A stretch of DNA of 64,000 nt from an uncultured Rivularia sp. Lineage in GTDB: Bacteria; Cyanobacteriota; Cyanobacteriia; Cyanobacteriales; Nostocaceae. Below, piece after piece: positions 44,162 to 55,130 of the stretch. A model generated the notes under the pieces. It saw only the letters and a list, made by a program, of their open reading frames with translations, ran no database searches and was not told the DNA's origin. Position 1 is the stretch's first letter. Each line of letters opens with the position of its first letter. Location: contig OY762007.1 of NCBI GenBank assembly GCA_963665115.1, positions 7,008,001 to 7,072,000 on the forward strand, in the 5' to 3' direction. The translations under genes and the position numbers were made by a program.

Positions 44162-45110
44162 GTGGCGCAGTTTCAAATTGAATGTGTAGAATCCAATACA
44201 GAAGAAAGTCGGAGCCACTATTCTAAATTTGTTTTAGAACCTTTAGAGAGGGGTCAAGGAATTACAGTTGGCAATGCTCTGAGAAGAGTTTTAATGGCTA
44301 ATTTAGAGGGAACATCTGTTACAGCAGTAAGAATTGCGGGGGTAACTCATGAATTTGCCACCGTCAAAGGCGTGCGTGAAGATGTGTTAGAAATCCTGAT
44401 GAGAATGAAAGAACTTATTCTCAAAAGTCATTCTCCCCAACCACAAATCGGTCGGTTGCTGGTTAACGGCCCCCGCAACAGTTACCGCAGCTCACTTTGA
44501 TTTGCCAAGTGAAGTAGAAGTGATCGACCAGACCCAGTATATAGCTACCTTAGCAGAAGGTGGAAGGCTGGAAATGGAATTTCGGATTGAGAAAGGCAAA
44601 GGCTATCGCACGGTAGAAAGAGGTCGTGAAGAAGCTACATCCTTAGACTTTCTGCAAATTGATTCGATTTTTATGCCGGTGCGGAAAGTTAATTACAGCG
44701 TCGAAGAAACTCGTGGAGAAAATGGCTATCCGAAAGATAGATTGCTTTTAGAAGTTTGGACAAACGGTAGTATTGCTCCACAAGAAGCACTTTCAAATGC
44801 ATCTGCGATTTTAGTGGAATTATTCAATCCGCTGAAAAATATCGAAATTAATCCAGAGGATACGGTTTCAGAAATTGACCAAGATCCAACGGCTCAAATA
44901 CCCATCGAAGAATTGCAACTGTCCGTGCGAGCTTACAACTGTTTAAAACGAGCGCAAGTCAACTCGGTAGCAGACCTATTGGATTATACCCAAGAAGACC
45001 TGCTTGAAATAAAGAACTTCGGTCAGAAGTCGGCAGAAGAAGTAGTAGAAGCTCTACAGCGACGCTTAGGCATTACTTTGCCGACAGAAAGGGCTTCAAA
45101 ACACGCCTAA
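44162..45110 (+). CDS. rpoA: RNA polymerase alpha subunit, apparent +1 frameshift at 44470-44474
   Basis: [44 protein letters not shown]. Deleting one C gives [14 protein letters not shown] and joins both ORFs. Confidence 0.95.
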
Positions 45111-45158
45111 ATTAAACGAATAATTAAACGTAAAAACGTACAAACGTACTTTGTCACC

Positions 45159-45509
45159 ATGCGTCATCGTTCTAAACTCAAAAAACTTAGTAAACCAGCC
45201 GATCAGCGTCGTGCTTTGCTACGAGCGCTTTCTACAGAACTGATTCGTCACGGACGAATTACCACCACTATTACCCGAGCTAAAGTGGTACGTTCGGAAG
45301 TAGAAAAAATGATTACCTTAGCTAAAGACGGTTCCTTAAACGCACGTCGTCAAGCTATTGGCTATCTTTACGACAAAGACTTAGTTCATGCTTTATTTGA
45401 ACAAGTCCCCACTCGATATAGCGACCGCAAAGGTGGTTATACCCGTATTTTGCGTACAGTGCCTCGTCGTGGTGATAACGCCCAGATGGCAATTATTGAA
45501 CTAGTGTAA
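45159..45509 (+). CDS. rplQ: 50S ribosomal protein L17
   Basis: MRHR and RKGGYTRI....RRGDNA.MAIIELV. Confidence 0.98.
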   Translation: MRHRSKLKKLSKPADQRRALLRALSTELIRHGRITTTITRAKVVRSEVEKMITLAKDGSLNARRQAIGYLYDKDLVHALFEQVPTRYSDRKGGYTRILRTVPRRGDNAQMAIIELV

Positions 45510-45557
45510 TTGGGATGGGGATGTAGTTTTTCTTAGCGACATCCTTAGTTTTATTGT

Positions 45558-46409
45558 ATGTCAGAAAGCCAACCGCCAGAACTTAGTCAAAGGGTTGCCT
45601 TGGTAATCCAATATCAAGGCACTCATTTTCATGGTTGGCAATGGCAACCCAAATACCGTAGCGTTCAGGAAGAAATTGAAAAAGCGATTTCTACTGTAGT
45701 AGGCGGTAAAGTCACCTTACACGGTGCCGGGAGAACGGATAGCGGAGTTCATGCAGCGGCTCAGGTAGCTCATTTCAATATAAAAAGTAAAATTCCACCA
45801 TCAAGGTGGGCATCCATTTTAAATGGTTACTTACCGTCGGGTATATTGATTAGAGCTTCGGCAGGTGTTAACAACGATTGGCACGCTCGTTTTAATGCAT
45901 CATATCGACGCTATCGTTATACGCTATACAACGAGAAGCTACCCAATCTATTCGTAAAACCCTTTAGTTGGCATTATTATCATGCTCCCCTAGATGAATC
46001 CTTAATATATCGTGCGCTTAAACCCTTACTTGGCAAGCATCACCTAGCAGCTTTTCACCGTGCTAATTCTGGACGCAAGCACTCATGGGTAAACGTACAA
46101 GACGTAGAATGTTATCGTAATGGAGCCTTAGTACATATTGAAATTCAAGCAGATGGATTTCTCTATGGTATGGTTCGTTTATTGGTAGGAATGTTGGTTC
46201 AAGTTGCTACCAGAGAGCGAACTTTGGACAATTTTACTCAAATTTGGCAACAAGAACGTCGAGAAGAAGTAAAATATGCCGCCCCTCCACAAGGATTGTG
46301 TTTACTACGGGTAGGATATGACGAATTTCCTTTTCCTCCCGAAATATGGTACGACACTCAGCCCTTGTTTAATTTTACAGATAATTTTCCTTCTGGATTC
46401 TGTAAATAA
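45558..46409 (+). CDS. truA: tRNA pseudouridine(38-40) synthase
   Basis: YQGTHFHGWQ, GAGRTDSGVHA, FLYGMVR and APPQGLCL. Confidence 0.97.
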   Translation: MSESQPPELSQRVALVIQYQGTHFHGWQWQPKYRSVQEEIEKAISTVVGGKVTLHGAGRTDSGVHAAAQVAHFNIKSKIPPSRWASILNGYLPSGILIRASAGVNNDWHARFNASYRRYRYTLYNEKLPNLFVKPFSWHYYHAPLDESLIYRALKPLLGKHHLAAFHRANSGRKHSWVNVQDVECYRNGALVHIEIQADGFLYGMVRLLVGMLVQVATRERTLDNFTQIWQQERREEVKYAAPPQGLCLLRVGYDEFPFPPEIWYDTQPLFNFTDNFPSGFCK

Positions 46410-46481
46410 ATTTTAGATAATATTCTCAGTAAAATTACTGCATAAAAATGTAAATTTATTAATAGTAGAACGTAGTAAGTA

Positions 46482-46937
46482 ATGAACAAAACCTATCTTC
46501 CCAACCCACAGACAGTAAAACAAGATTGGTATGTAGTAGATGCAGCAGACCAACGTCTCGGTCGTCTAGCTACTGAAATCGCGATGATTTTACGTGGAAA
46601 AAACAAACCAGAATATACTCCACATATGGATGCAGGCGACTTTGTAGTTGTCGTTAATGCAGAAAAAGTTGTAGTGACTGGTAAAAAGAGTTCTCAAAAG
46701 CTTTATCGCCGTCACTCCGGTCGTCCTGGTGGAATGAAGACAGAAACCTTTGAACACCTACAGGGACGTATACCAGAGCGTATTATCGAAAAAGCTGTTA
46801 AAGGTATGTTGCCTAAAAATAATTTAGGGCGACAGTTATTCAGAAAACTCAAAGTTTACGCAGGTCCAGAGCATCCTCATTCCGCACAACAGCCTAAAGA
46901 ATTAACAATTAACACACTTCCAGGAGAACAAAATTAA
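46482..46937 (+). CDS. rplM: 50S ribosomal protein L13
   Basis: [18 protein letters not shown] and AVKGMLP. Confidence 0.98.
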   Translation: MNKTYLPNPQTVKQDWYVVDAADQRLGRLATEIAMILRGKNKPEYTPHMDAGDFVVVVNAEKVVVTGKKSSQKLYRRHSGRPGGMKTETFEHLQGRIPERIIEKAVKGMLPKNNLGRQLFRKLKVYAGPEHPHSAQQPKELTINTLPGEQN

Positions 46938-47347
46938 TGCAAGCAGCAGATAGCGGACGCGCCGTATACTGGGGAACTGGTCGTCGTAAGTCCTCAGTAG
47001 CAAGAGTACGTCTTGTTCCAGGTAACGGAAAATTGACCGTTAACGGTAAAGAAGGCGACTTGTATTTCCAATTTAATCCTAACTATATCGGAGGAATTAA
47101 AGCTCCTTTAGAAACATTGGGATTGGAAAGCGAATACGATATTTTGGTCAGAGCTAATGGTGGTGGTTTAACCGGACAGGCAGATGCAGTTCGTTTGGGA
47201 GTAGCTCGCGCTTTATGTCAGCTAGACCCAGATAACCGTCCCCCATTGAAAACTGAAGGCTATCTTTCTCGCGACCCCAGAGCGAAAGAACGTAAGAAAT
47301 ACGGTTTACATAAAGCTCGTAAAGCTCCTCAGTACTCTAAGCGTTAA
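46937..47347 (+). CDS. rpsI: 30S ribosomal protein S9
   Basis: [12 protein letters not shown] and [19 protein letters not shown]. Confidence 0.98.
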   Translation: MQAADSGRAVYWGTGRRKSSVARVRLVPGNGKLTVNGKEGDLYFQFNPNYIGGIKAPLETLGLESEYDILVRANGGGLTGQADAVRLGVARALCQLDPDNRPPLKTEGYLSRDPRAKERKKYGLHKARKAPQYSKR

Positions 47348-47438
47348 TACAAAGTCTTGCCAACTCTATATTTGAATATTTGAAAAATTGGAGTTGGGTC
47401 CGTCATAATTGATATATACTCACCATTCAGTACGAAAA

Positions 47439-47726
47439 ATGGCAAAACCAGAAATTCATCCAGAGTGGTATCCAGAAGCCAAAGTTTACTGTAACGGTCA
47501 GGTTGTAATGACCGTTGGCTCCACCAAACCCGAATTACACGTTGATGTTTGGTCTGGAAATCACCCCTTTTATACAGGTACTCAGAAGATTATTGATACC
47601 GAAGGTCGCGTAGAACGCTTCCTGCGTAAGTACGGTATGTCGAGTAGCCAAACTCAGAAAAAAGACGAAAATAAAGGCGAAGAAAATAAAGTCGAAGAAA
47701 ATAGCGGCGACGAAAATAAAAAATAG
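47439..47726 (+). CDS. rpmE: 50S ribosomal protein L31 with repetitive C-terminal extension
   Basis: MAKPEIHPEWY and DVWSGNHPFYTGTQKIIDTEGRVERF. Confidence 0.96.
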   Translation: MAKPEIHPEWYPEAKVYCNGQVVMTVGSTKPELHVDVWSGNHPFYTGTQKIIDTEGRVERFLRKYGMSSSQTQKKDENKGEENKVEENSGDENKK

Positions 47727-47750
47727 CCACCAGGCAATACTTCAATCAAA

Positions 47751-47778
47751 CGACTCAGCTTTACTGAGTCGGTTTTTT
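47751..47778 (+). terminator. intrinsic terminator between rpmE and prfA
   Basis: CGACTCAG-cttta-CTGAGTCG followed by GTTTTTT. Confidence 0.75.
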
Positions 47779-47823
47779 AGTCTTTGCCTGTAAATCTATT
47801 TTTTTTAGGAGCGTTGCACCAAA

Positions 47824-48921
47824 ATGGCCGAACAATATTTGTTAGAGAAACTACAATCCGTTGAACAAACCTTTAACGAATTGACTCGTCGCTTAGGCGA
47901 CCCCGATACCGCCAGAAACCCGGATGAGTTCCAGGAAGTAGCAAAGGCGCGTGCTGGATTAGAAGAGGTAGTGAATACCTATGAAATTTGGAAAACTACC
48001 CAAGAAGAATTAACTGGGGCGCGTGAAGTTGCCAAAGAATCGCAAAGCGACCCAGAGATGCACGAAATGGCAGCTTTGGAAGTTAAAGAACTCGAACAGA
48101 AAGTAGAAGAACTTGAAACTCATTTAAAATTATTACTTTTACCCCGCGATCCTAATGATGAGAAAAACATCATGTTGGAAATTCGTGCGGGAACTGGTGG
48201 CGATGAAGCGAGTATTTGGGCTGGCGATTTAGTACGTATGTATTCGCGCTATGCCGATACTCAGGGTTGGAAAGTAAAATTACTCAGCGAGTCTTTAGCT
48301 GAAATGGGCGGCTTTAAAGAAGCAGTGTTGGAAATTAAAGGCGATAGCGTCTACAGCAAACTCAAATTTGAAGCCGGAGTTCACCGAGTGCAGCGCGTAC
48401 CCTTAACTGAATCTGGGGGAAGAGTTCATACCTCTACAGCTACAGTAGCGGTAATGCCAGAGGTGGATGATGTGGAAATCCATATCGATCCGAAAGATTA
48501 TGAAATGTCCACAGCTCGTTCCGGTGGTGCTGGCGGACAAAACGTTAACAAAGTTGAGACAGCAGCAGACCTTTTTCACAAACCTACGGGGATCAGAATT
48601 TTCTGTACCGAAGAACGCAGCCAGTTGCAAAACAAAGAACGGGCATTACAAATTCTCCGTGCTAAGTTGTATGAAATGAAGCTGCGCGAACAACAAGAAG
48701 CCGTTACCGATTTACGGCGATCGCAAGTAGGTACGGGTTCGCGTTCCGAGAAAATTCGCACTTACAACTACAAAGACAACCGCGCCACCGACCACCGTTT
48801 AGGTGAAAACTATTCCCTTAACCCGGTTTTGGAAGGTGATTTAGACTCAATTGTCCAATCTTGCATATCTCAAGATCAGCAAGAACGTTTAGCGGAACTT
48901 GCAGCTTCAGTGAACAATTAA
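47824..48921 (+). CDS. prfA: peptide chain release factor 1
   Basis: [19 protein letters not shown] (PxT motif), GAGGQNVNK and RSEKIRTYN. Confidence 0.98.
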   Translation: MAEQYLLEKLQSVEQTFNELTRRLGDPDTARNPDEFQEVAKARAGLEEVVNTYEIWKTTQEELTGAREVAKESQSDPEMHEMAALEVKELEQKVEELETHLKLLLLPRDPNDEKNIMLEIRAGTGGDEASIWAGDLVRMYSRYADTQGWKVKLLSESLAEMGGFKEAVLEIKGDSVYSKLKFEAGVHRVQRVPLTESGGRVHTSTATVAVMPEVDDVEIHIDPKDYEMSTARSGGAGGQNVNKVETAADLFHKPTGIRIFCTEERSQLQNKERALQILRAKLYEMKLREQQEAVTDLRRSQVGTGSRSEKIRTYNYKDNRATDHRLGENYSLNPVLEGDLDSIVQSCISQDQQERLAELAASVNN

Positions 48922-48942
48922 GATTAATAGACAATTAAAGAA

Positions 48943-49437
48943 TTAGGAACTGGATACGAAAGGCTTGAAATATTCCCACTCACTAGCCATTCCTACATCA
49001 TCAGAAACCGTCTCTTGTGCCATTGCTTTCAATACACATAGGCGGTTTTGTAATGCATTATAAATTGCGTCTTCCATCTCCACAGGATAGGGATAACACT
49101 TAAGTTCCCGCTCCATAATATGATTTATTAGCTGCAATCTTTTGAAATTAGGGCTAGTTTCAATTAGTTTTTCTACTTCCCTTTGCCAAGTCGGGAAAAT
49201 GCGGTAGCTGAAAAATCCACTGCAAACCCCACCTTCTTGATTCCAGTAAGAGATACAAACCTTGTGTTTTAGTAAAGTAATCTTTTTAATTTCTTTGACA
49301 TCTAAACCAGTCGCTTTCAAAGTCTCTTTCGCCTCGGTTGACGAAATACGCCATAAATCTGGTTTAATTTTATTAGATGTAATTAAATTCTTGCCCTTTG
49401 GGCGGTATCGATTCTTTTTAAATTTTTTGCCGAACAT
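48943..49437 (-). CDS. hypothetical basic protein
   Basis: 164-aa ORF with Lys/Arg-rich N-terminus and VCISYWN..GGVCSGFFSYRIF core; no family recognised. Confidence 0.75.
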   Translation of the reverse strand: MFGKKFKKNRYRPKGKNLITSNKIKPDLWRISSTEAKETLKATGLDVKEIKKITLLKHKVCISYWNQEGGVCSGFFSYRIFPTWQREVEKLIETSPNFKRLQLINHIMERELKCYPYPVEMEDAIYNALQNRLCVLKAMAQETVSDDVGMASEWEYFKPFVSSS

Positions 49438-49631
49438 GATGCAACCTGTCTGATGATTCGCAGAAATAACCGATCAATTAGTAGATTCTTAAACTCAACT
49501 GTTCTGATAGTTGTATATTTGCAACCAAAGGAATCATACCTTTAAAGAGACAAAGCTGTCAACATAAAATTAAACTTGTAGTATAGAAACGAAAGTTTTT
49601 GATTTTTATAGTTAATTAGCTAGTCTTCAAC

Positions 49632-49994
49632 GTGGATACACAAAGCAGACAAAAACTTATAGAGATAATTAAATTAGCTCGCGGTTCCATGAGCCAGCGT
49701 GCTTTCGGTAAAGAATTAGGAGTTTCGGCAACTTCTGTTCAAATGTGGGAAAAAGGGCTTAAAACTCCAGACACAAAAAATTTGGCTAGAATCGCCGCTC
49801 AAGCTGGTTATACTTTGGAAGAATTATTATGCTGCTTGGGAGGAAAGCCACTTCCAGAAACTTCTGAATTAAGTGTGATTCTTAGGCAGATAAACAATAT
49901 GCCTTTATCTGAAGTTGCTCAAGTAGTTCAAGCTGGTGTCGATAGAATAACTGCTGCGGCTGAGTCAACTGGAAATCAGGTGAAAGCCAGTTAG
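49632..49994 (+). CDS. XRE-family HTH transcriptional regulator, paralog A
   Basis: ARGSMSQRAFGKELGVSATSVQMWEKG...P. Confidence 0.9.
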   Translation: MDTQSRQKLIEIIKLARGSMSQRAFGKELGVSATSVQMWEKGLKTPDTKNLARIAAQAGYTLEELLCCLGGKPLPETSELSVILRQINNMPLSEVAQVVQAGVDRITAAAESTGNQVKAS

Positions 49995-50261
49995 AAAAAT
50001 ACAATTGTTTGTAATTAATAATTTGTGTTTTCATAATGCACCTTCCTGATAATTAGATAAGGTTACAATCCATTTGAATTCCAGGCTAGAATAAATTAGT
50101 CATGGCTCAATTTAGCGCTAAAACGGCTGCAAGTAAATTTGTCTTTGGCAACTACACTTTAAAAATATCACTAGCAACTTGACTTGTTAATGGCAAGTTA
50201 ATAAAACTTAATATAGTTAAAACGTCGAATTATTATTTAAGCGGTTGGATGTATTGCAATA

Positions 50262-50624
50262 GTGGATTCAGAAGCTAGAAAGAAACTGATTGATATAGTG
50301 AAAATGGCTCGTGGCTCTATAAGTCAACGAGCCTTCGGCAAGCTTTTGGGCGTTTCTCCTACTGCCGTGCAGCTTTGGGAAAAAGGAGAATCAATACCAG
50401 ATACGCGGAATTTAGCCCAAATAGCTGAAAGAGCCGGTTATACAATGGAAGAATTGCTTCATTATCTAGGTTTGAAGCAAACATCAGAAACATCTGACGT
50501 GAACCAGATTGTGAAGCAAATTAAAGTAATGCCTTTATCTCAAGTAGCAATTGTTGGTCAAGCGGTTATGGATAGATTAGCTGCTGCGGCTGAATCTATT
50601 GGTAATGAAGCGAAAGCCAGTTAG
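50262..50624 (+). CDS. XRE-family HTH transcriptional regulator, paralog B
   Basis: ARGSISQRAFGKLLGVSPTAVQLWEKG...P; gap-free alignment to paralog A. Confidence 0.9.
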   Translation: MDSEARKKLIDIVKMARGSISQRAFGKLLGVSPTAVQLWEKGESIPDTRNLAQIAERAGYTMEELLHYLGLKQTSETSDVNQIVKQIKVMPLSQVAIVGQAVMDRLAAAAESIGNEAKAS

Positions 50625-50980
50625 GTTTACTAAGCAAGGTTTGTAAATTAACCAAGTTGAAAAAATCTAAATTACATACACCCAAAGCAAAGAAGCATAT
50701 CGCGTGAATCTTTCGTGAGATTATCTCAACTTTAACTAATGCTTTAAACAGAATAGTAGCTTGCTGGAAAAAAAACGGCAATGAGAAATTAGTCAATAAT
50801 TTAATGCCTGGATTGAGTTGATCCTAGAGGTTTTGAAGCTCTTTCTAGACTGATAGAAAATGTAGATCCAGAAATTGGATTTTAAGTTTTATAAGTATTT
50901 GGGATTAATTAAAAATAGCAAGCTATACAAAATCTATCTTCCGAATGATGTTTTTTAAATAAGTTACTATGAACAACAAA

Positions 50981-51008
50981 TGTAGAGACGTAGCAGTGCT
51001 ACGTCTCT
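50981..51008. repeat. GTAGAGACG REP-like palindrome
   Basis: TGTAGAGACGTAGCA-G-TGCTACGTCTCT. Confidence 0.85.
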
Positions 51009-51143
51009 TTTTGCAGGAATATCGCGAAAATTTTACTGCCATAACAATTCCAACACGAAAATTGTAGTTAAATTTTGTTAAGATTGGACACAATAGAAAG
51101 CGCGTTCCCTACCTGAAACCGTCCCTTACCTTGGAGATTCTTG

Positions 51144-52838
51144 ATGCTACGACTAGAACATATCAGTAAAATTTATCCCACTGGCGAAGTTCTCAAGGAT
51201 GTTAACTGGGAAGTTAAAGTTGGCGATCGCATTGGTTTAGTCGGTGTGAATGGTGCAGGAAAGTCCACCCAGTTGAAAATCATCATTGGGGAGATGGAAC
51301 CGACATCCGGCGAAATTATTCGTCCCAACAGCCTGCATATAGCTCATCTCAACCAAGAATTTGAAGTAGATCCGACTCGTACCGTCAGTGAAGAATTTTG
51401 GACGGTATTTGAAGAAGCCAACGCAGTACAGTTAGCTCTGGCTGAGGTAACGCGAGATATGGAAAGCGCTTCGCCAGATGAACTCGATAAATTAATTAAT
51501 AAATTAGATAAATTACAAAGGCAGTTTGAAGCCTTAGACGGTTACGGTTTAGAAGCCCGCATCGGCAAGATTTTACCAGAAATGGGATTCGATCAAGAAG
51601 ATGGCGATCGCCTGGTAAGTTCTTTCAGTGGCGGTTGGCAGATGCGGATGGGTTTAGGTAAAATTCTGCTGCAAAAACCTGATTTACTCCTATTAGACGA
51701 ACCTACAAACCATCTGGATTTAGAAACTATTGAATGGTTGGAAAATTACCTCAAAGGTTTGACTACCCCAATGGTAATAGTTTCTCATGACCGAGAATTT
51801 CTTGACAGACTTTGCACTCAAATAGTAGAAACCGAGCGCGGTGTTTCTACAACTTATCTTGGTAACTATTCTCTATATCTACAGCAAAAAGCTGAAAGCC
51901 AATCAGCACAACTAAGCGCATTCGAGCGTCAGCAGAAAGAATTAGACAAGCAACAGGCATTTGTAGAGAAATTCCGCGCTAGTGCTACTCGCAGTACCCA
52001 AGCGAAAAGCCGCGAAAAACAGCTTGATAAAATCGAACGTATTGAAGCACCGATTGCAGGAGTTAGAAGCCTACAGTTTAAATTTCCCCCAGCACCCCGC
52101 AGCGGGCGCGAAGTGGTAGAAATAAAAGATTTAACTCATATTTACGACGATAAAATCTTATTTTTGTCGGCGAATTTATTGATTGAAAGAGGCGATAGAA
52201 TTGCCTTTTTAGGTCCTAATGGTGCGGGTAAATCGACTTTACTACGCTTGATTACAGGTATGGAAAAACCTACCGAAGGCGAAGTGAAATTAGGCGAACA
52301 CAACGTAATTCCTAATTACTTTGAACAGAATCAAGCCGAAGCTTTGGATTTAAATAAAACAGTCATGGAAACAATCCATGATGAAGTTCCCGATTGGACA
52401 AACGAAGAAGTTCGCACTTTGTTGGGAAGATTTTTATTTAGTGGCGATACAGCATTTAAAAATGTTGAAGCTTTAAGTGGTGGAGAAAAAGCGCGTTTGG
52501 CATTAGCGAAAATGCTATTACGTCAAGCAAATTTACTTATTTTAGATGAGCCGACAAACCACTTAGATATTCCCGCAAAAGAAATGCTTGAATCAGCTTT
52601 ACAAGAGTATGACGGTAGCGTAATTGTAGTTTCTCACGACAGATATTTTATCTCTAAAGTAGCTAACAAAATTGTTGAAATTCGCGATGGTGAATTCCGA
52701 GTTTATCTAGGAGATTATCACTACTATTTAGATAAAATTGCTGAAGAGAAAGAGCAACAAAAATTAGCTGCGATTGAAGCAGAAAAAGCCGCTAAAAAAG
52801 CTGCTAAACAGAAGAAAGCAGCGGCGAAGCGTAAGTAA
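51144..52838 (+). CDS. ABC-F family ATP-binding protein
   Basis: Two ABC domains (GVNGAGKST/FSGGWQMR/LLDEPTNHLD and GPNGAGKST/LSGGEKAR/ILDEPTNHLD), no TM domain. Confidence 0.95.
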   Translation: MLRLEHISKIYPTGEVLKDVNWEVKVGDRIGLVGVNGAGKSTQLKIIIGEMEPTSGEIIRPNSLHIAHLNQEFEVDPTRTVSEEFWTVFEEANAVQLALAEVTRDMESASPDELDKLINKLDKLQRQFEALDGYGLEARIGKILPEMGFDQEDGDRLVSSFSGGWQMRMGLGKILLQKPDLLLLDEPTNHLDLETIEWLENYLKGLTTPMVIVSHDREFLDRLCTQIVETERGVSTTYLGNYSLYLQQKAESQSAQLSAFERQQKELDKQQAFVEKFRASATRSTQAKSREKQLDKIERIEAPIAGVRSLQFKFPPAPRSGREVVEIKDLTHIYDDKILFLSANLLIERGDRIAFLGPNGAGKSTLLRLITGMEKPTEGEVKLGEHNVIPNYFEQNQAEALDLNKTVMETIHDEVPDWTNEEVRTLLGRFLFSGDTAFKNVEALSGGEKARLALAKMLLRQANLLILDEPTNHLDIPAKEMLESALQEYDGSVIVVSHDRYFISKVANKIVEIRDGEFRVYLGDYHYYLDKIAEEKEQQKLAAIEAEKAAKKAAKQKKAAAKRK

Positions 52839-52940
52839 GCCCAATTAAGGTCAAAGGTCAAAGGTTAGAGTTCAAGGAATTAGTTTTATCGCAAAAACTG
52901 AATATTTTTAGGATAATGCAAGATGTTTGTTTAATTTGAA

Positions 52941-53053
52941 TATCTTGCTCCATTCCAGTAGGAGCCTAAAGAAACCCGGTTCCTTATTGATTTCACAACG
53001 AAATATTGATACTTTCACCAGAATAAACCGGGTTCCTGACTTTAGTGCAAGAG
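52941..53053. mobile_element. nested MITE-like inverted repeats
   Basis: Outer TCTTGC...GCAAGA; inner GAAACCCGGTT (52971)...AACCGGGTTCC (53036). Confidence 0.5.
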
Positions 53054-53460
53054 TTTATCTTAATTTAAAATTTAAAATCTAAAATTTCTTGGTGAATTCA
53101 GAATTACACCAACCTTCTTTTCTTAAAGGGTAATTTTAATGCGATAAAAAATTAAATGCATTTTTTTGTTCCCTATTCCCCATTACCGATTACCAATCCC
53201 CTATAGAAATTATTAATATAATTAATCAAACCGAACTCCTATAATAAAACCATTTCTAATAGCAGAATTAAAAATGTCAACTATCTGATGTTACAAAAAC
53301 TTTACTTAATACAAGATAATTGCAAGAAATATATATGAAAAGTAGGGTTAATTCATAAAATAATTTAATACGTAAAAAATTAATAAGCAAAAATTCACTT
53401 GCAGTTGTGAGTGTCAATGGTATTATTCGGATATTACGAAAAGTAAAGGGTATTTTTGTT

Positions 53461-55068
53461 ATGACACAAGCACCTGTTTCTCCCGTGGTGCTAGTAATAT
53501 TGGACGGATGGGGTTACTGCGAGGAGACTAAAGGAAACGCCGTTGCCGCCTCTTCAACACCTGTTGTGGATAGCTTATTACAGGTTTATCCAAACACATT
53601 GATAAACACCTCCGGAAAAGCGGTGGGTTTGCCAGAAGGGCAGATGGGCAACTCAGAAGTAGGACATTTGAATATCGGCGCAGGGCGAGTTGTACCGCAG
53701 GAATTGGTACGAATTTCCGATGCTGTGGAAGACGGTTCGATTAATCAAAACCCAGCATTAGTTAAGATTTGCCAAGAAGTACGAGGTCGTCAAAGCAAAC
53801 TCCACTTAGTAGGATTATGCTCTGAAGGTGGCGTACATTCACATTTGAGCCATCTATTTGGCTTATTAGATTTAGCTAAAGCTCAGGGAATCTCAGAAAT
53901 TTGTATTCATGCTATCACTGATGGACGCGATACTAGACCGAGTGAAGCTATAAAAGCAATTGGACTTATTCAAGATTATATAGACCGTATAGGAGTAGGA
54001 CGCATTGTAACTATTAGCGGCCGCTACTATGCAATGGATAGAGATAAACGTTGGGATCGGATTCAAAGCGCTTACGATGTAATGACGCAAGACGTAAGAA
54101 GCGATCGCCTTTCTGCTGTAAAAGTGGTGCAAGAATCTTATGCAGAAGGGATAACAGATGAATTTATTATTCCTGTCAGAATAGCTGCCGGAGCCGTAGA
54201 AGCAGGAGACGGGGTAATATTTTTTAACTTCCGTCCCGATAGAGCTAGACAATTAACCCAGGCTTTTGTTAAGCCAGATTTCGACGGTTTTGAAACAAAG
54301 CAAATAGAACCGCTATCTTTTCTGACTTTTACGCAATACGAACAAGATTTACCAGTAGAAGTCGCCTTTAAACCTCAGAATCTGAATAATATTCTTGGTG
54401 AAGTAATTTCTCAACATGGTTTAAAGCAGTTCCGTACCGCTGAAACCGAAAAATACGCTCACGTGACTTATTTCTTCAATGGTGGTTTAGAGGAAGAACT
54501 CGAAGGAGAAGACCGAGAACTGGTAAGCTCTCCAATGGTGGCCACTTACGATCAAGCGCCGAAGATGTCAGCGCAAGCTGTCACCGACGTAGTTTTAGCA
54601 GCCATTAAAAAGAGAATTTATTCCTTAATAGTGGTTAACTATGCCAATCCAGATATGGTAGGGCATACAGGAAACATGGAAGCTACCGTCGAAGCATTAG
54701 AAGCGGTAGATAAATGTTTAGGAAAATTGTTAGAAGGAATAAGTAAAGCTGGAGGTACGGCATTAATTACAGCCGACCACGGTAATGCAGAATACATGAT
54801 GGATGAGACCGGAAATCCTTGGACTGCTCATACCACTAATCCAGTTCCTTTTATTGTCGTAGAAGGAGAGAAAGCAAAAATTGCCGGACACGCTACCGAC
54901 CTCAATTTAAGAACTGATGGTAAATTAGCTGACATTGCTCCTACTATTCTGGAGATTTTGCAGCTTCCTAAGCCACCAGAAATGACTGGAATATCTCTGT
55001 TCAAGCCAGCAGGATATGAGGTAAAAGTTCCTCGCAGCCCCATGAACTTGGTGATGCAGAATAATTGA
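53461..55068 (+). CDS. gpmI: 2,3-bisphosphoglycerate-independent phosphoglycerate mutase
   Basis: LVILDGWG, GQMGNSEVGH, AETEKYAHVT, NPDMVGHTG and TADHGNAE. Confidence 0.97.
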   Translation: MTQAPVSPVVLVILDGWGYCEETKGNAVAASSTPVVDSLLQVYPNTLINTSGKAVGLPEGQMGNSEVGHLNIGAGRVVPQELVRISDAVEDGSINQNPALVKICQEVRGRQSKLHLVGLCSEGGVHSHLSHLFGLLDLAKAQGISEICIHAITDGRDTRPSEAIKAIGLIQDYIDRIGVGRIVTISGRYYAMDRDKRWDRIQSAYDVMTQDVRSDRLSAVKVVQESYAEGITDEFIIPVRIAAGAVEAGDGVIFFNFRPDRARQLTQAFVKPDFDGFETKQIEPLSFLTFTQYEQDLPVEVAFKPQNLNNILGEVISQHGLKQFRTAETEKYAHVTYFFNGGLEEELEGEDRELVSSPMVATYDQAPKMSAQAVTDVVLAAIKKRIYSLIVVNYANPDMVGHTGNMEATVEALEAVDKCLGKLLEGISKAGGTALITADHGNAEYMMDETGNPWTAHTTNPVPFIVVEGEKAKIAGHATDLNLRTDGKLADIAPTILEILQLPKPPEMTGISLFKPAGYEVKVPRSPMNLVMQNN

Positions 55069-55079
55069 TTGAGTCGCGC

Positions 55080-55130
55080 CCTCACTCTATAAGAGTGGGG
55101 CTATACAAACAAAGCCCGCCTGCGCGGGCT
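55080..55130 (-). repeat. 51-bp two-hairpin dispersed repeat, copy 2
   Basis: Reverse complement matches 29684-29734; lies just after the gpmI stop. Confidence 0.85.

Noticed and set aside
44162..45110. Split rpoA (also lpxA, ndhN, cyclase) as real pseudogenes or programmed frameshifts
   Set aside because: Each is repaired by one base in a short G/C run, the proteins are otherwise intact, several are essential, and there are no slippery heptamers. Sequencing error is far more likely.
30417..48921. Absence of rpsJ, rpsN, rpmD and rpsD from the cluster
   Set aside because: This is the normal cyanobacterial arrangement.
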